A stretch of 32,000 nucleotides of DNA. Source: Ruminococcus albus 7 = DSM 20455. GTDB taxonomy: Bacteria; Bacillota; Clostridia; Oscillospirales; Ruminococcaceae. Numbering within the stretch: the first letter of the stretch is position 1; each line of letters starts with the position of its first letter. The notes under the pieces are model-generated. The model did not search any database. It was given only the letters and a program-made list of their open reading frames with translations, and was not told the origin of the DNA. A program made the translations under genes and the position numbers. The stretch lies in contig NC_014833.1 in the NCBI RefSeq assembly GCF_000179635.2, forward strand, positions 720,001 through 752,000, read 5' to 3'. Positions 1-7,991 of this stretch are shown here, piece after piece.

Positions 1-1210
1 TGGCGATGACCTTCTGTCCGCGGACGAGTTCATGATGTGCCTCTCTGTAAAGAGGGATGGGCTTTGTGCTGCGGTTTATTTTCAGCAGTGCCATATCATG
101 GACATTGTTGTACTTTACTATCTGGACAGGATAGGCTGTCCTGTCGTTCTCAAAGCGCACAAGGAAGTAGCTGCCATTGGATATGACGTGGTAGTTGGTG
201 AGAATATACCCATTGTGGTTTATGGCAATACCCGAGGCACTGCCTGTCATATCACCGTATTTATCGCATATAGTTATCATGACTACGGACTCGGCAAGTC
301 TTGCTATCTCCTCTGAGGAAAGCTCACGGCGGGCAGTATAGGTCTGCGGGGCAGTAGTGCTTCTCTTCCAGGGGTCGGACGGGTATTTTGTATCTACCTC
401 CGGTATATCGCTGTGGGTATCGAATGCGATATTTTGAGCGGTAGCAGTGTTTGTCTGCCTTGGTACGTTTGTATTGCCCTTGCTGCGCTGACGGGGCGGT
501 ATCTTTACTTTGATATTGCCCTCATCGCCGCGGATGGGCGCATTTGGACGGGGACCGTTCCTGCGCTCACGGGGAGGTATGGCAACACGGATATTATCCG
601 TATGCTGAGGACGCTGAGCCGGACGGGTATATGACTGCTGTGAAGCTGCAGGCTGTCTTACCGGAGGGGGTGGTGCAGGTCTTGGCGGAACGTATGGGGG
701 GATATCTGCTGAATATGGCATACCCAGTGTGATAAGCTCGGACTTATCTGTAAGCACAGGTGAAAGCTTGCCTTCTCCCTCAGGCATCAGCATAAGGACA
801 CGCCAGCCTTTCATATAAGCAAGGTAGCAGAAGAGGTATTCCTTATAGCCTGTTTTTCCGCAGTACACAAGTACACCGCCTGTACGGCTGCCCATGAGCC
901 TGCTCCAATGGAGAAGGCTTATTATAAGGTTGGTTTCGATGGATGTATTGATGCCTGTCACGCTTTCGCGGTAGAGTGCAAGCAGTCTTGCGCCCTCAAA
1001 GCTTTCGGCGAAATCAGCAGATCCCCTCCTGAGCCTTTCCACTTCATCCGTACTCTGTGGTGTATCCAGTTTATCAAGGCGCAGATAGCCCTCGCCGCCA
1101 AAACGGCGGTCAAGCTCCAGTATATCATTGATATAGGTGTCAGATACGCCTACGCAGCGTAAAAAACAGCCTCCGCCTGAATTCTCAAGTCTGTCAGTCA
1201 TGATCGACAT
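1..1210 (-). CDS. Trypsin-like (S1C/HtrA-type) serine protease with an N-terminal domain of unknown function and a Pro/Arg-rich linker. The 3' end is outside the window.
   Basis: Absent from the ORF track because it runs off the window edge. The reverse-strand reading from ATG (1210-1208) stays open to position 1: MSIMTDRLENSGGGCF... The linker has a duplicated NI(R/K)V.IPPR(E/Q)R. The C-terminal part, GSASGIAINHNGYILTNYHV...NVHDMALLKI...GQKVIA, matches the His and Asp regions of chymotrypsin-fold proteases. The catalytic Ser would lie beyond the window. Translated by hand. Confidence 0.7.
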   Translation of the reverse strand, partial: MSIMTDRLENSGGGCFLRCVGVSDTYINDILELDRRFGGEGYLRLDKLDTPQSTDEVERLRRGSADFAESFEGARLLALYRESVTGINTSIETNLIISLLHWSRLMGSRTGGVLVYCGKTGYKEYLFCYLAYMKGWRVLMLMPEGEGKLSPVLTDKSELITLGMPYSADIPPYVPPRPAPPPPVRQPAASQQSYTRPAQRPQHTDNIRVAIPPRERRNGPRPNAPIRGDEGNIKVKIPPRQRSKGNTNVPRQTNTATAQNIAFDTHSDIPEVDTKYPSDPWKRSTTAPQTYTARRELSSEEIARLAESVVMITICDKYGDMTGSASGIAINHNGYILTNYHVISNGSYFLVRFENDRTAYPVQIVKYNNVHDMALLKINRSTKPIPLYREAHHELVRGQKVIA

Positions 1211-1263
1211 ATCATCACCTCAGATTTATTTTATCATGCCCGCGGGACTTTGTCAATATGAAC

Positions 1264-1293
1264 TGAAAAAAGCCCGCGGAAAACATCCGCGGG
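1264..1293 (-). terminator. Rho-independent terminator downstream of the small membrane protein gene
   Basis: On the minus strand: GCCCGCGG-ATGTTTT-CCGCGGGC, a perfect 8-bp GC stem (1272-1279 / 1286-1293), followed by TTTTTT. Confidence 0.55.
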
Positions 1294-1312
1294 CAGTAAA
1301 GACACAGTTGTA

Positions 1313-1603
1313 TCAGCTGTTATATTTCATGTATTGCAACAGGATATGCCCCATGCCTATGAGCGCATAGATCGCAACAACAACACCTATGAATCTGAAC
1401 AGCCAGCCAATGTAGGGTATCGCACCGAGTAAAACAAAAAACAGAGCGCAGAAAATCAAAGCGGCAAGATAGATGCCGATGAAGAATATGACACTCCTGA
1501 TATCACGGATGTCACACTTCTTGTTCTGCGGGAAGAGGTCACTGAATTCCATGTATGCTAATTTATCACGCCATTTTTGTATAAAAGCCTTGATCGGTTC
1601 CAT
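1313..1603 (-). CDS. Small hypothetical membrane protein (about 96 aa, 2 predicted TM helices)
   Basis: Start moved to MEPIKAFIQKW (ATG 1603-1601), which has GGGGGA 7 nt upstream. The predicted promoter -10 (1643-1648) lies downstream of the ORF-track start at 1654. Hydrophobic stretches: VIFFIGIYLAALIFCALFFVLLGAI and FRFIGVVVAIYALIGMGHILL. Confidence 0.55.
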   Translation of the reverse strand: MEPIKAFIQKWRDKLAYMEFSDLFPQNKKCDIRDIRSVIFFIGIYLAALIFCALFFVLLGAIPYIGWLFRFIGVVVAIYALIGMGHILLQYMKYNS

Positions 1604-1642
1604 AAAATATCCCCCTGTTTCATAAAATGATTTAATGATATA

Positions 1643-1671
1643 ATTATAACTCATTGTGACGGCTATTTCAA
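1643..1671 (-). promoter_or_regulatory. Sigma-A-type promoter (TTGAAA-17-TATAAT) for the 1313..1603 gene
   Basis: Minus strand reads TTGAAA (1671-1666), a 17-nt spacer, then TATAAT (1648-1643). Confidence 0.45.
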
Positions 1672-1729
1672 TATTTTCTTAATAATTTCAGCGGTTTGCA
1701 TAAATAACTGTAATTTGTGTTGTCTGATT

Positions 1730-2203
1730 TTACTTCTTATCTTTTTCGGGTGGGTTTTCGCTTATATATCTGTCCAGTATCTCAGCAGCTGTTTTGACGA
1801 ATTTGATACACGGACGCACCTTGTAATACTTTTCGGTGCGTTGTTCCGGAATGGGATCTGATGTAACTTTCAGTCCTTGCAGAAGTTCGCGGCAGACGAT
1901 CGTTCCGTGTTTTTCCTTGAACTGCTCAGCTGCTGCCTGTATGCGCTTATAGTGGTCTGCTTTGTCATCAAAGGTGAAGTTCTCGCCGGTGCCGTAAAGA
2001 ATGCTCAGCACCATGAACATAGCTGAGCAGGTGCCGCATACCTCGCGAAGCCTGCCCATGCCGCCGCCGAAGCCTGATGAAAGTTTAAGGGCAGCCTCTT
2101 TATCCATGCCTGTGACATCTGAAAAGGCAGCGAATACGGACTGTGCACAATTGAAGCCGCCTGCGAAAAGTTCACAGGCTTTATCGGAATGATCTGTTGA
2201 CAT
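1730..2203 (-). CDS. C_GCAxxG_C_C family (putative redox-active) protein
   Basis: MSTDHSDKACELFAGGFNCAQSVFAAF...GGGMG...CGTCSAMFMVL...RPCIKFV carries the family-defining C-x-GxxCAQS / CG-C / C pattern. Start chosen at ATG 2203-2201 with AAAGGAG 7 nt upstream. The longer ORF-track start (2290) lies upstream of the predicted promoter. Confidence 0.75.
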   Translation of the reverse strand: MSTDHSDKACELFAGGFNCAQSVFAAFSDVTGMDKEAALKLSSGFGGGMGRLREVCGTCSAMFMVLSILYGTGENFTFDDKADHYKRIQAAAEQFKEKHGTIVCRELLQGLKVTSDPIPEQRTEKYYKVRPCIKFVKTAAEILDRYISENPPEKDKK

Positions 2204-2254
2204 AATCAAGCTCCTTTTGGGTGGTATAGTACCGTGTGTTTTTTTGCGGTATAT

Positions 2255-2283
2255 ATTATACACCATTTTGAATACAATTGCAA
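2255..2283 (-). promoter_or_regulatory. Sigma-A-type promoter with extended -10 (TTGCAA-17-TATAAT, TG at -15/-14)
   Basis: Minus strand reads TTGCAA (2283-2278), the spacer TTGTATTCAAAATGGTG, then TATAAT (2260-2255). Confidence 0.5.
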
Positions 2284-2397
2284 TAGCCAAAACGGAGTTA
2301 GGATGTACTAATCTAACTTTGCCCGAAAAGCTTATAAATCGGGGCTCGGGGGCAGGTGAGAAAATTATCGGTAAATTAAAAATTTTTGTAAAAAGAC

Positions 2398-2426
2398 TTG
2401 AATTGTGAGAGAAAATGTAGTATTAT
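2398..2426 (+). promoter_or_regulatory. Candidate promoter for the NifU-like/GGGtGRT pair (TTGAAT-17-TATTAT)
   Basis: TTGAAT 2398-2403, 17-nt spacer, TATTAT 2421-2426. AAAGGAG lies 9 nt before ATG 2476. Confidence 0.4.
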
Positions 2427-2475
2427 ATTATAGAGGCAGCATGGTCTGCCAAATAACCGAAAGGAGTTATTATCA

Positions 2476-3168
2476 ATGATCTATTCGCACGAAGTTGAAA
2501 CAATGTGCCCTATCGCACAGGGCGTTGCTCACGGCGCTGCTCCTATCCCTGAGGAGGCTAAGTGGGTCAAGGCAAAGGAGATAAAGGATATCTCGGGCTT
2601 TACACACGGCATCGGCTGGTGTGCTCCCCAGCAGGGTACCTGCAAGCTCACCCTGAATGTTAAGGAGGGCGTTATACAGGAGGCTCTCGTTGAGACTATC
2701 GGCTGCTCCGGTATGACACATTCCGCAGCTATGGCTTCCGAGATCCTGCCCGGCAGAACAATTCTGGAGGCTCTGAATACAGACCTCGTTTGTGACGCTA
2801 TCAACACCGCTATGAGAGAGCTGTTCCTGCAGATCGTTTACGGTCGTTCGCAGTCTGCATTCTCCGAGGACGGTCTGCCAATCGGTGCAGGTCTGGAGGA
2901 TCTGGGTAAGGGTCTGCGTTCTCAGGTTGGTACAATGTACGGTACACTGGCTAAGGGTCCTCGTTACCTGGAGATGACCGACGGTTATGTTACTGATATC
3001 GCTCTGAATGCTGACGATGAGATCATCGGCTACAAGTTCGTAAACTTTGGCAAGATGATGGACTTCATCAAGGCAGGCGACGACGCTAATACAGCTTTTG
3101 AGAAGGCTAAGGGTCAGTACGGCAGAGTTGCTGATGCCGTTAAGTTCGTTGACCCCAGAAAGGCATAA
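2476..3168 (+). CDS. NifU/IscU-like iron-sulfur cluster scaffold-domain protein
   Basis: Cys-containing segments MCPIAQG, GWCAPQQGTCKLTL and ETIGCSGMTHSAAMASE..L.G.T..EAL resemble the IscU/NifU N-terminal scaffold fold. Strong RBS. Codon usage is biased toward CTG/GGT/GCT, typical of well-expressed genes. Confidence 0.65.
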   Translation: MIYSHEVETMCPIAQGVAHGAAPIPEEAKWVKAKEIKDISGFTHGIGWCAPQQGTCKLTLNVKEGVIQEALVETIGCSGMTHSAAMASEILPGRTILEALNTDLVCDAINTAMRELFLQIVYGRSQSAFSEDGLPIGAGLEDLGKGLRSQVGTMYGTLAKGPRYLEMTDGYVTDIALNADDEIIGYKFVNFGKMMDFIKAGDDANTAFEKAKGQYGRVADAVKFVDPRKA

Positions 3169-3182
3169 GGAGGATCAGTATC

Positions 3183-4181
3183 ATGGCATTATTTGAATCT
3201 TATGAGAGAAGAGAAAAGCAGATCCTGGCTGTTATAAAGGAATACGGCATCAACTCTATCGAGGAGTGCGCTGATGTATGTAAGGCTAAGGGTCTGGATA
3301 TATACAAGCTCGTTGAGGGCATCCAGCCTATCTGCTTCGAGAACGCTAAGTGGGCTTACACTGTAGGCTGCGCTATCGCTATCAAGAAGGGCTGCACAAG
3401 AGCTGCTGACGCTGCTGCTGCTATCGGCGAGGGTCTTCAGGCTTTCTGCATCCCCGGTTCTGTTGCTGACCAGCGTAAGGTTGGTCTGGGTCACGGCAAC
3501 CTGGGCAAGATGCTTCTGGAAGAGGATACCGAGTGCTTCGCATTCCTGGCAGGTCACGAGTCTTTCGCTGCTGCTGAGGGCGCTATCGGTATAGCTGAGA
3601 AGGCTAACAAGGTTAGACAGAAGCCTCTGAGAGTTATCCTGAACGGTCTGGGCAAGGACGCTGCACAGATCATCGCTCGTATCAACGGCTTTACTTATGT
3701 TGAGACCGAGATGGATTATCACACCGGCGAGGTTAAGGAAGTATTCCGCAAGGCTTACTCCGAGGGCCTGAGAGCTAAGGTTAACTGCTACGGTGCTAAC
3801 GATGTTACCGAAGGCGTTGCTATCATGTGGAAGGAGAACGTTGACGTTTCCATCACAGGTAACTCCACCAATCCTACCAGATTCCAGCACCCTGTTGCAG
3901 GTACTTACAAGAAGGAAAGAACAGACGCAGGCAAGAAGTACTTCTCTGTTGCTTCCGGCGGCGGTACCGGCAGAACTCTGCACCCCGACAACATGGCAGC
4001 AGGCCCTGCTTCCTATGGTATGACTGATACTATGGGTCGTATGCACTCTGACGCTCAGTTCGCAGGTTCTTCTTCTGTTCCTGCACACGTTGAGATGATG
4101 GGTCTTATCGGCATGGGCAACAACCCCATGGTTGGTGCAACAGTTGCTTGCGCAGTTGCTGTTGAAGAGGCTATGAAGTAA
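3183..4181 (+). CDS. GGGtGRT family protein (function unknown)
   Basis: Contains the literal family signature FSVASGGGTGRTLHPDN. RBS AAGGAGG is 8 nt upstream. Separated from the NifU-like gene by 14 nt. Confidence 0.8.
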   Translation: MALFESYERREKQILAVIKEYGINSIEECADVCKAKGLDIYKLVEGIQPICFENAKWAYTVGCAIAIKKGCTRAADAAAAIGEGLQAFCIPGSVADQRKVGLGHGNLGKMLLEEDTECFAFLAGHESFAAAEGAIGIAEKANKVRQKPLRVILNGLGKDAAQIIARINGFTYVETEMDYHTGEVKEVFRKAYSEGLRAKVNCYGANDVTEGVAIMWKENVDVSITGNSTNPTRFQHPVAGTYKKERTDAGKKYFSVASGGGTGRTLHPDNMAAGPASYGMTDTMGRMHSDAQFAGSSSVPAHVEMMGLIGMGNNPMVGATVACAVAVEEAMK

Positions 4182-4212
4182 TAGCTAAACGGCTATAAAT
4201 CGCATAAAAACG

Positions 4213-4257
4213 AAATCCTGACAGGTTTTACGACTTGTCAGGATTTTACTTTTTTTA
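4213..4257. terminator. Bidirectional rho-independent terminator
   Basis: AAATCCTGACA (4213-4223) pairs with TGTCAGGATTT (4236-4246), followed by TACTTTTTTT on the + strand. On the minus strand the hairpin is followed by TTTCGTTTTTAT. It sits between convergent genes. Confidence 0.65.
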
Positions 4258-4291
4258 AGACGATAATGTGTATTGTCACCCATTTGTCACC

Positions 4292-4933
4292 CTAACCGAT
4301 ACGGGCGATCGTTCCTGCCTTATCGAAAATGAAAGTGAAATAGAACCGCATCAGGTTATCCACGATCTCATAGAACTGCTTTTTCTTGTCGTTTCGTCGG
4401 TTGATCGGGTCGGTCTTTTGAATGATCTCCATGTCGAGCAGTTCCTTCATCACTGTGATATATGAATCGCAGAGCACCAGTTTGACATTTTCAGGCAGTC
4501 TGTCGATGACCGCCTGCATATACGAATCTACTTCGTTCTTCTTTTTGGTCTGCTTGAGGTAGGGGTATTCGTCGATGATGAGAAGTATCTTTTTGTCAAG
4601 CGTTTTCAGGTGATCCATAATCTCAAAGAGATCGCCGAAGCGGATATTCGGCAGTCCGAGCCCCTCCGAAACGCTCCGGTAGATCAGCTCCATATTGCCC
4701 TCAAAGGAGCTTGTCACGCACATATGGTTGATGACAACACCCTCAAAGCGCTTTGCAGCTTCGCTCAAAAGCGTGGATTTTCCGACTCTGCACTTGCCGT
4801 AGACCAGCACCGCCGTCCTGCGTTTCCATGAGGAAAGCTCGGCGTTTAACTGCCTGAGTTCTTTTTCTCTGCCGGATATTATGCTACAGTGCTTTGCTGT
4901 TGTTAAGTTTCTGAATAAAAATTCAGTGAAAAG
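4292..4933 (-). pseudogene. Truncated AAA+ ATP-binding protein (ATPase fragment)
   Basis: Walker A VLVYGKCRVGKSTLL and Walker B-like KILLIIDEYPYL are present. The conserved upstream segment ISGREKELRQLNAELSSWKRRTAV is in frame (open to the TAA at 4936-4934), but it has no ATG/GTG/TTG before the GTG at 4810. The product is far shorter than I recall for relatives with this N-terminal architecture. This suggests decay at both ends. Confidence 0.5.
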
Positions 4934-5202
4934 TTATTCAGAAAGCAATAGCTTTGATTTGATGACCTGTTATTAATAGTATGCCACAGGTAAGCGATAC
5001 TATCACTCACGTTATTTTGCACCGGGGAAAGTGTTGGTATTGCTGCGCTTTTTACAGGAATAGTTACGGATCTTTACAGAGCTGGAATATTGTTGCCTTA
5101 TCATCTATAATGGAGTCATATATAATATAGGACTGGGAGAGGCGAGCAAAATACGATCGTATTGATCAAAAAATTGCGGTTTCTGAGATGATTTCGTAAA
5201 AT

Positions 5203-5224
5203 ATATACATTTATAAATGTATAT
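5203..5224. repeat. Perfect 22-bp palindrome ATATACATTTA|TAAATGTATAT in the AT-rich spacer
   Basis: Read directly: the reverse complement of 5203-5213 equals 5214-5224. It lies about 200 bp upstream of the locus promoter. Function unknown; possibly a dimeric regulator site. Confidence 0.8.
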
Positions 5225-5423
5225 TGAAGTAAGTTTATGAGGTGTTAAATAGACAGAAAAGTTTGTAAAAATCGATGCAATTAATTGATAAAGAAAATTA
5301 ACATAAAATTAAGGCATGATTTTGAATGCGTACCTGCGTGCTTTACTCAAATGAATTGTACTTTACGATAAAAGTTTTAAGGGGTTAAGAAGGTTTTTTG
5401 TAAAAAAAACAGTAAATAAGGTA

Positions 5424-5452
5424 TTGACAAGAATTCACCGAAATGGTATAAT
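5424..5452 (+). promoter_or_regulatory. Consensus sigma-A promoter (TTGACA-17-TATAAT) at the head of the T7SS-like locus
   Basis: TTGACA 5424-5429, exactly 17-nt spacer, TATAAT 5447-5452. About 100-nt leader to ATG 5560. Confidence 0.6.
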
Positions 5453-5559
5453 CAAAAATGGAGAAAAATATATTTTGTAAAATAATTGTAATAATATCCA
5501 ATTGCAGTGCGTGCAAATTTGACACGTTGCTGTAAAGTTTGAAGAAGGGAGAGTTGCTA

Positions 5560-6213
5560 ATGACTTCGGGTGAAGCACACAGCTGTTATTTGAACGCTAA
5601 GTCAAAGTATGAAGATGCGATCGCAGAGAAAAATGCCTGCAGTGACAGCAAATACAGGCAGGAGATACTCAAAAGAGAAGCACAGGTAAGGCTTAATGAT
5701 TTTACAGCTGACAAGACACGTTTTACCACTGCTAAGGATGCCCTTGTAAAGACAAATATCCGTGATAAGGTAGACGATGATCTTAAAAGTGTTCATACAG
5801 AAATGGACGATGCTACCGAATATTTCAAGACGCTGGGTGAATCCAGCACAGGCACTATCGACCTCACCAAGCACATAATGAATGAGGACGACAAGACACA
5901 CAGAAAATCGGTAGTAAACAGGATATTCACTAATCTTGACAATGCAAAGAAAAAGGTGGATGACAAGATTACTGAGCTGGAAGCGAGCATCAAGAAGACA
6001 AACACAGAGATAGATGACGCTGAGGCAGAGATCAGGAGGCTTGAAAACCAGATAAGCTACTGGGACGGTGTCAAGAACGACAAGGCTAATGAGATGGAGA
6101 TGTATCTGTCACTTGAACGCAGGCTTGCTGCGGAGGAAGAAGAAGCCCGCAGAAAGGCTGAGAGAGAGGCTGCTGAAGCAGCCGCTGCTGCAGCCGCTGC
6201 AAACGCAGGGTGA
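5560..6213 (+). CDS. Coiled-coil protein with an Ala/Glu-rich tail; candidate T7SS accessory or helper protein
   Basis: Start moved to ATG 5560 (GAAGGGAGAG upstream). The sequence is heptad-like and highly charged (KKVDDKITELEASIKKTNTEIDDAEAEIRRLENQISYW). It ends AAEEEEARRKAEREAAEAAAAAAAANAG. No TM helix or signal peptide. Confidence 0.65.
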   Translation: MTSGEAHSCYLNAKSKYEDAIAEKNACSDSKYRQEILKREAQVRLNDFTADKTRFTTAKDALVKTNIRDKVDDDLKSVHTEMDDATEYFKTLGESSTGTIDLTKHIMNEDDKTHRKSVVNRIFTNLDNAKKKVDDKITELEASIKKTNTEIDDAEAEIRRLENQISYWDGVKNDKANEMEMYLSLERRLAAEEEEARRKAEREAAEAAAAAAAANAG

Positions 6214-6265
6214 GAACGGATACTGAGATCTGCATATCTCAGAGAATAAATTTGGAGGCGATAAC

Positions 6266-7951
6266 ATGGCTAGTACTATAACGCTTCACAAGACGAAATT
6301 CGACGGTCTGGGAAGTGTACTTGACAAGCTTTGTTCGTGTTTTGGAAACTATGACTCTACTATGAAAGAACTCAAACGTTCTGCAAGCGGTGTTGACAGC
6401 ACGACCTGCGACCTTGAAGCAGTGATTGATGATATTTCCAACTCTGAAGAAAGCAAAGAAGAAAAGGTCAAGAGGGCAAAAGAGTTAAAATCCAAGCTGG
6501 ATACTTTTGTAAAATCTGCAGTACAGCATGAAAAAGATGCGGCTGATGAGATAGTAAAGAAGAAAAAAGATTTCTATAAGAAATACGATTATCTAAGACC
6601 TGACTCGGAAAAGAGCAGATGGGAGAGATTTAAAGAAAAGATCTCAGGTGTAGCAAAAGCTATCAAACAATGGATGTACGAACACCTTGATATGATCATA
6701 GCTGCACTTATAGTGATAGCTGCGATAGTCATCGTGATAGTGTGTCCTGCGGCTGTATGTGCTATACTTTCAATAATAGTAGGTGTTGCATCTGCGCTTA
6801 TGGGTATAGCAGATCTGGTTTGCCTTGCTGCTACGGGTAAAGATGTTGCAACATGGATGGATGAAGACATGGGATGGCATACAGCTAGCAAGATTTGGAA
6901 AGGCGTTGGATTAGGTCTTGATATAGCGAGCGTAATTTTGCCGATCGGTGCCTTGCCGTCTGCGGGAGCGAACGCATATAAAACAACGTTCAAAGAATTA
7001 ATAAGACATCCAATCAAATCACTCAAGGGACTTGGAAACAATATGGCGGTCAAGAATTTCGGAAATATGCTCAGACATCCGATAACGTCCCTCAAGGGAT
7101 TAGGAAAAGCAGGACTTAATACTGTTAAAGAAGCTTTTAAAGACGGTGCTCTAAAGGGCTTTAAAAACCTTGGAGCAGGCGGCTTGAAAATGTTGACAGG
7201 CTATGATGATCTGAAGAAAGGTAAGGCGCTGTTCAACGCATGGAAGAGTGGGCAGCCTGTGGGTGAAACGGCGATCAAATTACTTGGATTGGACAATATT
7301 GCAAGACTTGCCGGTTCATCAAATATGGAACGCTATGATAATATGCTGAACTCAAATAGTGATACCCTTGCTGAAGCAGTGTCGGGCAACAATATTGCTA
7401 CAGATTCGTTTACCCAAATGAAAGTAGATGTCACTACCGGTTCGGGTAATTCCGGTGATGCTTTATTCAATACTCTTAACGGCAATGATGAACTTTCAAG
7501 ACAACTGCTGGACAGCACTGGCGTTGATATGAGAAATGTTTCAAATGGAGATGATCTCTGGGATGCACTGAGAAATAACGGCTTTACGCTTGATACCAGT
7601 GCCGGTGGAGCGGCAGGAACTTCTAATGTATCTGTTGTTCCGTCATGGGCATACAGGGCTACTGACGGCGGAAGTGGTTCATTGCAGCTCATGACTCACA
7701 ACATCAGCGGCGTTAATCATGATTTCCGCCATAGCGTAATGCAGGACTATACAAGCTATATGAATACTATGAATAACATATTCCAGAATTCCTTTGCGAA
7801 CAATTGTGCAGATAATATGTTCAAAAAAGGAATGGAACATTTAATGGATGATGGGATCTTTGGTAATTTAGCCCCTAAACCACATAACCGTGTAGACGAT
7901 ATTATTCAAAGGACGTTCTTCAAAACTGTGGAAGCACCATGGCTTGGATGA
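6266..7951 (+). CDS. LXG-like helical N-terminus + 3 TM segments + variable C-terminal domain; candidate T7SS substrate or membrane toxin
   Basis: RBS GGAGG is 8 nt upstream. Residues 1-140 are helical and charged. TM stretches: IIAALIVIAAIVIVIVCPAAVCAILSIIVGVASALMGIADLVCLAA and a glycine-zipper-like GVGLGLDIASVILPIGALPSAGA. There is a duplicated (I/L)RHPI(K/T)SLKGLG. The Gly/Asn/Ser-rich C-terminal domain has a His-rich patch LMTHNISGVNHDFRHS. Confidence 0.6.
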   Translation: MASTITLHKTKFDGLGSVLDKLCSCFGNYDSTMKELKRSASGVDSTTCDLEAVIDDISNSEESKEEKVKRAKELKSKLDTFVKSAVQHEKDAADEIVKKKKDFYKKYDYLRPDSEKSRWERFKEKISGVAKAIKQWMYEHLDMIIAALIVIAAIVIVIVCPAAVCAILSIIVGVASALMGIADLVCLAATGKDVATWMDEDMGWHTASKIWKGVGLGLDIASVILPIGALPSAGANAYKTTFKELIRHPIKSLKGLGNNMAVKNFGNMLRHPITSLKGLGKAGLNTVKEAFKDGALKGFKNLGAGGLKMLTGYDDLKKGKALFNAWKSGQPVGETAIKLLGLDNIARLAGSSNMERYDNMLNSNSDTLAEAVSGNNIATDSFTQMKVDVTTGSGNSGDALFNTLNGNDELSRQLLDSTGVDMRNVSNGDDLWDALRNNGFTLDTSAGGAAGTSNVSVVPSWAYRATDGGSGSLQLMTHNISGVNHDFRHSVMQDYTSYMNTMNNIFQNSFANNCADNMFKKGMEHLMDDGIFGNLAPKPHNRVDDIIQRTFFKTVEAPWLG

Positions 7952-7991
7952 TCCTTAATATAAAAAAACAGAACAACAGGAAGGTGATAAA

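Noticed and set aside
32-1370. Five + strand ORFs (32..316, 413..634, 544..732, 908..1162, 1137..1370)
   Set aside because: They are short and overlapping, have no ribosome-binding sites, and have odd composition. They lie antisense to a continuous minus-strand reading frame with clear protease motifs, or span its promoter and terminator region.
1604-1654. Longer start (1654) for the small membrane protein
   Set aside because: The predicted -10 box (1643-1648) lies inside this extension, so the ATG at 1654 would be upstream of the transcript. The internal ATG at 1603 has a GGGGGA Shine-Dalgarno.
2204-2290. Longer start (2290) for the C_GCAxxG_C_C gene
   Set aside because: The extension covers the TTGCAA-17-TATAAT promoter, and the added residues do not look like part of the family. 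ATG 2203 has AAAGGAG upstream.
3189-4088. 299-aa minus-strand ORF
   Set aside because: It is an antisense shadow of the GGGtGRT gene. The Ser/Leu/Val-rich low-complexity translation is typical of the reverse frame of a codon-biased gene.
4908-4944. 11-bp inverted repeat TTTCTGAATAA ... TTATTCAGAAA
   Set aside because: It is real in the sequence, but it has no T-tract on either side and lies inside the decayed ATPase frame. I cannot assign a terminator or operator function.
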